Origin: Octopus vulgaris
Lineage: Eukaryota
Assembly (NCBI GenBank): GCA_951406725.2
Contig: OX597826.1
Coordinates: 46,934,001 to 46,998,000 of the forward strand
Direction of reading: 5' to 3'
DNA: 64,000 nucleotides
A program made the position numbers and the translations under genes. The notes beneath the pieces are model-generated. The model saw only the letters and a list, made by a program, of their open reading frames with translations. It did no database searches and was not told where the DNA came from. Position 1 is the first letter of the stretch. Each line of letters starts with the position of its first letter. Of this stretch, positions 55,059 to 64,000 are shown piece after piece.

Positions 55059-55513
55059 ATATGTCGCCTTACATGGAAAATGAAAATACATTGGAAAATA
55101 AACACACGTTATAGCAGGATACATTTTATGACGTTTGTGATACCCGCCTCCTTATATTACCGATACGATACACAGGTGATGACAGATTTAAAATTAAAAA
55201 ACTTTGCTCTTGTTTTTTTTAATTTTTTTCTGTTGGTGTGCATGTAGTCCCTGGTCAGTTCTTACCAAATAGACATTATGGGAATATGAGACAAAGCCTA
55301 CCGAGCGACTAGATTCAATCTGTAGATCTATTATTTGAGACGTATCGGTCTCTGCCTAGCATATTTCAACATGTAGTGGTGCGTCATATAGAGTGCAATG
55401 TTGTGTAACTATTTGGTTAGGTGGTAGTCTCTCAGCGAGATTCCTTTACGGAATTAGTAAACTATTCTCTTTTAATATGTATTGTTTGCCTACCTGAATA
55501 TTATCATCATCAC

Positions 55514-55573
<60 letters not shown>

Positions 55574-56588
55574 GTTCGATAATCCATCTTTATTATTGTT
55601 TAATTTGAACAATGTATCAACATCTGTTGTTATTGTGTGGTAAATAGTCGATATTTTTGTTTTATATCAATTAAGCAGATCAATAAATGTTTGAGGTCAA
55701 TATTGGCAATCAATTTAAACAGAGCCATGCTTTAAAAATCACGACGCAATTTGAGAGAATGTATAAGATTTTTACTTCTGATGATATCAGTGTGGTTAAA
55801 CGAAGAGGTCATACGCATTCATAATTACAAAACACACAAACACACACGCGCGCTCACAAACACAGCGACACACATACATTTATAAGCATGCACGTAAGGA
55901 ACGTTTGCAGTGCTTTGAAATATTCATATTTTACACGTCACAAACAGATTTCCTCATAGAATAGTTTGCATAGATATGCATGCATGGGTTGAGAGAATGA
56001 CAACTTTTTGTTTCTATTCCACATTTAACTATGTGTGCGACGTTATATCTATGTGTGTTACCTGTGCATAGCAGAGAAAAAACATATAAGCATATATAAA
56101 CACCTATATGCATAGATACATGTATTCGTTCATACACTTACAAATGTACGTTTGTGTATAAGTGAATGTGGGAGAATTAAAACAAGAAAAAGAAATGAGA
56201 ATACGTGAAGGCAGAAAGAAAACAGCAACAAAAAATGGAATATGGAATATTCAAAGAAAGAAATGTTACTTTGAGTAGTGAAGCTGTAATGGCATGTAAT
56301 AGTGTATCAATAGGTATATGTGTACAAGTGTATATGTGTGTGTGCGTGTGTGCATGTGTGTATTTATATATGTATTTATTTATGTATTTATATATGTATA
56401 TATATGCAAATTATATATCCATCCATACAAATATATGTTCGTGTGTGCGTATGCAAATTATATCTATCTATCAATCTATATTGATAGATAGATATAATTT
56501 GCATACACACACACACTCACATACCTATATATCTATGTATGTATATATATGTTTGTATATATATGTATATATATATGTATATATTTAT

Positions 56589-56655
<67 letters not shown>

Positions 56656-57896
56656 TAGATAGATAGATATGATTTACATACGCGCACACACAAACACACA
56701 TTTATCTATTTATATGCATATATATGCATGTTTCTATGAATTCAAGAATGTGCATATATGTATGTTTGTATGAATGTATGTCGGTATTTGTGTGCGCGTG
56801 TGTGTGCCTGTGTATTTATGTATATATATATATATACATATTAATCTGCTTATGTGTATGTGTGTTGGTGGGTATGTATGCAAATATATTTACGTGTGTG
56901 ACGTTGAAGGTGCCTAGTATTCGGTGTTATAATATTACATAGACGATAGCTATCCGTAGGGAAATATTGTAAATTGATCAAGTACACCGGTTAAATGATT
57001 AAACATTTGTGATTTATCCCTGGGGAAAAACAAGTTCGAAAACACTAAAGAATTATTAAGCATGCAGAGCAGCACTATTTTGCAGGCGTAGATAGGCGTA
57101 GGTGGGGATTGATCAGAGGGCATAGGGCAGAGAAGATAGCTTTACGAGGATTAACCAAACGACGCAATACAATAACAGAAAAGGAATAAAATATAAGATC
57201 TGGAAGAAAAAAAAGCAACCTAACAACAATCAACATACAAATATCCAAAAAGGCTATAGAAACAAATGGAATATAAAGACGTAAAGTCAAATCCTGCCAA
57301 GCCTGCGAGCAAGAAAGTTGATTTTCTTTCATCGATGATGCAGAGGGTGATAGGTAAATAAGAATGAAAGATTTTCGTTTAGCCTCCCACTAAATCTTCT
57401 CACAATCTCCCTCTCGTAGTTTCTCTATGTGTATCTATCTCTTTATCTCACTCTCCCTTCCACCCTTTCTCTCGTTCTGCCTTCCACCCTCATTCTTGGT
57501 CTCTTGAAAACTGTGAACACCAGCAGCCCCCACCCCACACCACCCCATCCCCTTCCACACTCTTCTAACACTTCTGAACCCTAAATTGTTTGATTGTTTC
57601 AAACCCCAGTAATTTATACAGAATTTTAATTTCCTCGAAATATTTTCTAAATGTGAGAAACAAAATGGATGCGAGTGTGAGCGTCAACAGGAACGCGCAT
57701 GAGCATTACTTTGATATACAAATGAATACGATAATCAAACCATGCGTACATGTGTGCTTTTGTGTGTGTGTGTGTGTACGTGCATGCATGTAGGTATGTG
57801 TGCCTGTGTTTCTGTGCATTTCCTTTTTTTTTATAGAATTCTCTTTTTCTTGACGTCGTTTTTCTTTATATTTTACAACAAATATGTGTGTGTGTG

Positions 57897-57927
<31 letters not shown>

Positions 57928-59134
57928 CTATGTATTTGTATATATATATATGTATATGTATATATATGTATATATATATACGTATATATAAATATATATA
58001 CATATATATATAAATATATATACATACATATATATACATATATATATATGTATATATATGTATATATATATGTATGTGTATATATATATATACATATATA
58101 TATATATGTATATATATGGATATATATATATATATATATACATATATAAATACACACATACTTAAGCGTGTATATATATACATATATAAGTATATGTATA
58201 TATATATAAATATATAAATATATGCTTACATACAGATATATAAACACTCACACACACATATATACACGTGCATATTTTTTTTATTTTTTAGGAAAACAAC
58301 TTAACAGTGTTAGAGATATTAGTAATGCGAAAAAAATCCATGTAATAAAAAACGTTATTAAACAAAAAAAAAAAACTCATAAAAATAAAGAGATAAAAAT
58401 TAAAGAAAATATAAAAAACCGTTAAGAAATGGTATTTAATTCCTTAGATATTAATATATCCAAACTTTTCATATTATTCTTTGAGTGTTTCTGGATTATA
58501 AATCAAAATTACTTTTACTTATATGATTCGTGATTATTTTCATGAATGTTATCTATTTTCCTTTATTGAATGGTATATTTTCTAATTCTGCTCAACAAAT
58601 ATTTCGTGCGCATGCGTAGACATATACTTAGCAGTGTATATGTTTGCGTGTGTGTGTGTGTGTGTGTATGTTTGTGAGTATGCGTGTGTGTGTGCGCGCG
58701 GTACATATATATATGCAGATGAGAACGTAAAGATAGGCGTGCTAACGATTCTTCTAGCTTGCTGTCATAATGATGATGATGATGATGATGATGATGATAT
58801 TGGAATAATAATAACAATGTTGGTCTCAAGGATCTGTACCTTTTGACTGACAGATTTTGAAAAATAAATTTTTGTAAATAAACACTTTCAAACTTCGGAC
58901 ACTAGTAGGATGTGTCATATAAAACATCTTTTACTTTTAGTATTTTTGAGAAAAAAACTTATATTTAGGAAGTTATTTCACGTTAAAGTTGTCCTATTTC
59001 GGTAAATTCAACCAATCAATGACGTGTATTCAGCTGAATAAAATTACTGACGTTGCTTGTCAACAACTACCGGCGGTGTATTTTTCGCTTGTCACTATTA
59101 TTTATGACATCGTTCGTGCGTTTGTGCTGGTTTT

Positions 59135-59220
59135 AGCTTTAAGGTTTTAGGGTTAGGGTTAGGGGTTTAGGGTTAGGGTTAGGGTTTTAGGGTTAGTGTT
59201 TAGGTTTTAGGGTTAGGGTT
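59135..59220 (+). repeat. Interstitial telomere-like (TTAGGG/TTTTAGGG) array
   Basis: About 12 canonical and variant units, at the end of a non-microsatellite block that starts near 58830. Confidence 0.85.
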
Positions 59221-59317
59221 GTAGACCTCGACAGAATTTGAACTCAGAACGTAAGACGGACGAAATGCCGCTAAACATTTTGTCCGGCATACTGACGATT
59301 CTGCCAGCTCGCTGCCT

Positions 59318-59351
<34 letters not shown>

Positions 59352-59373
59352 GCTGCTGCTGCTAATACTACTG

Positions 59374-59523
<150 letters not shown>

Positions 59524-59545
59524 ATAATAATAATAATAATAATAA

Positions 59546-59576
<31 letters not shown>

Positions 59577-59579
59577 AAA

Positions 59580-60135
59580 TGCCGACGACATGCAGTACCA
59601 GGGAGTGGCTTTCACGGATTTTGATCTTAACTGATTGGAAGTGTTATCATGTAATATGTTTTGTATTGATATAAAAAAATGGGCTACAGCAAAAATTCTG
59701 CTCAGTACCGCAAATTTGTCACTTGTTTGACCATAACAATTTGAGCATGTCTTTTGGTAGCTGATGATATGTGCATCTCTGATCACGGGCAGATATAGTG
59801 GGTGGAGGAACATCATGGCCATGTGCTGAGAGGAATTCCTTGGGGTCTGAATAATTTGCTTCTGGATGCACTGGCCTTTCGTTCAACATTCTTAAACAAC
59901 CCTTATCCAGGGACCTTTTGAGCGGGATGGGCTACTAGACGTGAAAAAATTCTAACTGGGCCCCTCCTGTAAGTTTATGCGTTGTTTAACTTGTAATGAG
60001 ATCACTATGCGTACATATGGTTGTGATCCATGTGCCTGGTGTACTTTTATCAGACGAGTAGTCACGATAGGTATAATGGGCTTCGTATATTTTACCCGTA
60101 TCACTTTGATGGCATGCACTGCTCTCTTACTTAAT
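59580..60135 (+). mobile_element. Non-coding retro-like repeat (family F) ending in (TAA)n
   Basis: Inverted homolog at 60421-60963 and a short third piece at 60244-60280. Confidence 0.75.
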
Positions 60136-60177
60136 AATAATAATAATAACATAATAATGGTGATGATGATGATGATG

Positions 60178-60244
<67 letters not shown>

Positions 60245-60380
60245 GATGGGCTACAGCAAATATTCTGCTCAATACCACACATTATATGTAAGGCCTCACA
60301 TTTTATGTCTGTCTGTGTATTCCTCCCGCATCCTTGGCCCAGGTGGCACGTAAATGAAATCATTATTATCACTATTATTA

Positions 60381-60420
<40 letters not shown>

Positions 60421-60421
<1 letters not shown>

Positions 60422-60963
60422 GAGTGACAGAGCAGTGCATGCCATCAAAGTGACACTGGGTTAAAATATACGAAGCCCAATATACCCATCATGTCTACCC
60501 GTCTGATAAGGGTACACCAGGCACATGCATCACAACCATATGTGCGCGACATGGTGATCTCATAAAAAGATAAACAGCACATGACCTTGCAGGTGCGGCA
60601 CAGTTAGAATTTTCTTCAGGTTGAGTAGCCCATTCTGCTCAAAAGGTCCCTGAATAAGGGTTGTTTAAGGATGTTGAAAAAACCACCCATGTTTCCAGAG
60701 GTGAATTATTCAAACCCCAAAGAATCCCTCTCAACACATGGCTATGATGCTCCCCCACTACTTCTGCTCGTGATCAGAGATGCACATATCGTCAGCCACA
60801 AAGGGACATGCTCAACTGGTTAAGGTCAAACAACTGACAAGCAAATCTGTGGTATTGAGCAGAATATTTGCTGTAGCCCATCTTTTATACCAAGACAAAA
60901 CAATGTACATGATAACACTTCCAATCAGTTAAGATCAGAAGCCATGAGAGCCACTGCCTGGTA
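60421..60963 (-). mobile_element. Family F copy embedded in a (TAA)n array
   Basis: Same-orientation (ATT)n on both sides; homologous to 59590-60135. Confidence 0.8.
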
Positions 60964-61052
<89 letters not shown>

Positions 61053-61071
61053 CATTATTATCATCATTATC

Positions 61072-61126
<55 letters not shown>

Positions 61127-61130
61127 GTAT

Positions 61131-61240
61131 TATTCTCTGTTTGACCTTTGCTTTACATTTGTACAAGTTGGCTCCAATTCTCACCCAGAGACCTCAAGAG
61201 ACAAGCTGGAAGTTCATGTTGGAAGGCTTAGGGTCAGTGT
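61131..61240 (-). mobile_element. Possible R4/Dong-like 3' end in (TAA)n
   Basis: Short insert between ATT arrays with GAGGTCTCTGGGTGAGA on the minus strand; family assignment is from recalled resemblance only. Confidence 0.35.
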
Positions 61241-61258
61241 TATTATTATTATGATTAT

Positions 61259-61340
<82 letters not shown>

Positions 61341-61748
61341 GTTGTTGTTGTTACTAAAACGTATACGGGTTAAAAAAAGACGTTCTCTTATGACTAAATA
61401 AGATTCGTAGGGCATTTGGTTGTTATTTCTAGTATGCTCCTTCGCAGGTTCATCTGGCTCTATACTTTGTTAAACTTTTCACTTTTGGAAGTAGATGCAA
61501 CAGTGGTTAAGGTTATCGATAAATAATCTATCTTTGTTGAGTTTCACTGATGGCGATTGCTTTACGAATTCCTGTGCAAAAATTGTACATCAATCCATAC
61601 TACTTCTTTTGGTGATTCTCTTTAGTGGGATTCGTTGCTTCAGATCCATCCCGTTTAATTTCATCAACCAGATCAAAAAGTCTCCATAGAGGAAATCCTT
61701 GACCATCGTACGTTGTTAAGCCTAATGAATAACATTTATTTGATAATA

Positions 61749-63035
61749 TTGGGCCATGCCATAAATAATGCGGTTTTTTGAATTGAATGAACTAAAATTC
61801 TGATGGGGACGGGATAAACTACCTGCGTCAACTTGCTATAAAAGCAGGTAATAATTTTGCCTTGTCCTTATTCTTAGTGCAAATTTTGAAGAGTGCAGTT
61901 CGATATTTACAGTTGTTTTTTATTTTCAATGCTATAATGGAAATGACAAAGGAGCATATTCAGCATATTTTGCTTTATGAGTTCAATAAAGGCAACAACG
62001 CAACGGAAATTGTGAAGAATATTAATGAAGTATATGGGGATCGGACAATAAGCGTAGCCAGTGTCAACAGTGGTTTCAGAAATTCTGAGCCGGAAACTAA
62101 AGCCTAGAAGACTAACTTCGTCCAGGAATATCTGTAGAGCTCGACGAGGACGTTCTGCAAACCCTGGTGGAACAAAATCTCATCGTAGCTATTGAGGACC
62201 TAGCAGAGAAGCTTGGATTTGGTCATTCAACCATTTACTTGAGTGCCATCGGAAAAGTCAGCAAATTTGATCAATGAGTTCCTCGCAAATTTTTACGAGT
62301 TTAATTACGCGCAGAGAGTAAATGAGTGTTCGTCTTTGCTGTCACGTCTCACGAATGGTCCTTTTTTGGACCGAAAAGTGACTGGTGACGAGAAATGGGC
62401 TCCCTATAAAAATGTCAAAGCACCGAAAACAGTGGGCATGGAAAGGAGAAACACCGGCACCCCAGGCTAAAGAAGGTCTGCACCCACGTAATGTGTTGTT
62501 ATCTGTTTGGTGGGATATGAAAGACTTAGTCCACTTTGAACTTTTATACCCAAACCAAACGATGGCAAAGGAGATCTGCTGCGAGCATCTTGAGCGGCTT
62601 AAGTCAGCATTAGAGGTAAAACGACCATGTTAGGTTTCAAGACGAAAAGTGTTCTTCCATCAGGATAATGCTCAGCCACATACAGCGAGGATGACATTCC
62701 GAAGGCTGGAACAGTTTGAATGGGAAACGATGCCCCACCCGTCATATTCGCCGGACATTGCCCCATCTGATTATCATTTATTTATTCCACGGTCTTCAAA
62801 ATCATTTGGACGGGAAAAATATGAATTCCTTAGTCGAGGTGAGAACAGTACTGGAGGAGTATTTTTCGTGACGGATAAGTGAATTTCGGAAGACAGGACT
62901 TGCAAATCTACCAGATAGAGGGAAGAACATTGTAGAAAATGAAAGAGATTATATTTTATATTAAAAAGAGCCTTATCTTAATTTTGAAAAATAAAGTAAG
63001 TATAAAAAAACTGCAATATTTATGGGATGATTCAA
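61749..63035 (+). mobile_element. Full-length mariner transposon (1287 bp), inactive
   Basis: TA on both sides; TIRs TTGGGCCATGCCATAAATAATGCGGTTTTTT and (reverse complement) TTGAATCATCCCATAAATATTGCAGTTTTTT. Confidence 0.93.
61937..62964 (+). pseudogene. Mariner DD34D transposase pseudogene
   Basis: MEMTKEHIQHILLYEF, VTGDEKW, LLSVWWD, FHQDNAQPH, HPSYSPDIAPSDYHLF; several stops and frameshifts. Confidence 0.93.
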
Positions 63036-63952
63036 TACTCGTCACCTTAGACATTTCTCAATTGTACTTTTTTTTAGACAAGTCGTTGACCTCTTCTCAT
63101 CAAAACCCATCTAAACCAATATTTCAGAACATTTGCCTAGTGAATAGTAAGAAAGCCCCAGTTTAGTTCTCACCAGGGAGATAATGACTAAAAGTATCTC
63201 AGTTTTGATATATATATATATATATATATATCTGCTATTTAAACAGTATAGCTGAAGACCCCCAATATTCAGCGTTTCTTTCTCTTTACAAAATGTATTA
63301 GGCATTATTTGACAAAAATTTTACTCTGGTCTACTGTAAGTGGACACACAGAAGGTTCCGTGTTGGCAGGTGTGAGTCGTTATAGACAGTTGCACTTCGG
63401 ATTATAGACGTTTAACTATTAAATAAGAATGAAAGATTTTCGTTTAGCTTCAAAATAATGAAGCCAGTCCCACCGAGGTGAGCTATGGACATCATACAAC
63501 ACGACGTTCTTTGATGAAATACGTAACTGCCATATACTATAGAAGGGTTGTTCATTCCATTGATTGTATATAACGCTAGTTAAATAAATAAATATTTTTT
63601 AGAAAAAAGTTTTCTAAAAAACTGAATTTTTATATGACAGAATCTATATCCATATTATTACATACATAACATATATATATATAAGTTATTGCTGCTACCG
63701 CCATTTCAGCCACTGACCATTACCTTAGTTCTATTCGAACACATAAGACAGCTATTATGCTTACTCCCCACAAAAACCACCACGTGGATTCTGTTGAGAC
63801 CAGTAAGAAACAATTATGAACTTTTTTATTATGCTTAACTTTTTAAAATATTTTTGACGAGGTTCGTTTTTTTCAAGAAGAACCGAAACATGTAAAATTT
63901 CTAAGAAAATTAAAATTTATCTTATATAGTAGCGTTTTCAAACTAGTTTTTT

Positions 63953-64000
<48 letters not shown>

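Noticed and set aside
57357-57383. 27-bp exact match to 63421-63448
   Set aside because: Probably a piece of another dispersed repeat; too short to define an element or LTR pair.
59135-59220. True chromosome end
   Set aside because: Short, degenerate, and flanked by ordinary sequence on both sides.

Overview
AT-rich, microsatellite-saturated animal genomic DNA. The repeat families and the density of (TA)n, (CA)n and (AAT)n tracts suggest a cephalopod, probably Octopus (inference). I found no host protein-coding exon; almost every long ORF in the track is a translated microsatellite. The window holds at least four tRNA-headed SINE families (working labels A-D), fragments of RTE and Tx1/L1-like LINEs, mariner/Tc1 relics (one full-length 1287-bp mariner), MITEs, and several Penelope-like element (PLE) pieces, mostly inserted in (TA)n. 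One PLE keeps an open RT-thumb plus GIY-YIG frame. The most interesting signal is a set of predicted hammerhead ribozymes in these PLE-type repeats. (1) A 706-nt retrozyme-like repeat carries hammerhead strands in a non-circularly permuted (pseudoknotted) order, with compensatory base changes between two divergent copies (6078-6143 +, 45590-45652 -). (2) One family has the core C3-G8 pair swapped to G3-C8 (48746-48796). (3) One family has U at the normally invariant A6 (46586-46623, 41031-41066). All ribozyme calls come from manual pairing and none is experimentally shown. Boundaries are approximate unless a target-site duplication (TSD) or terminal inverted repeat (TIR) fixes them.
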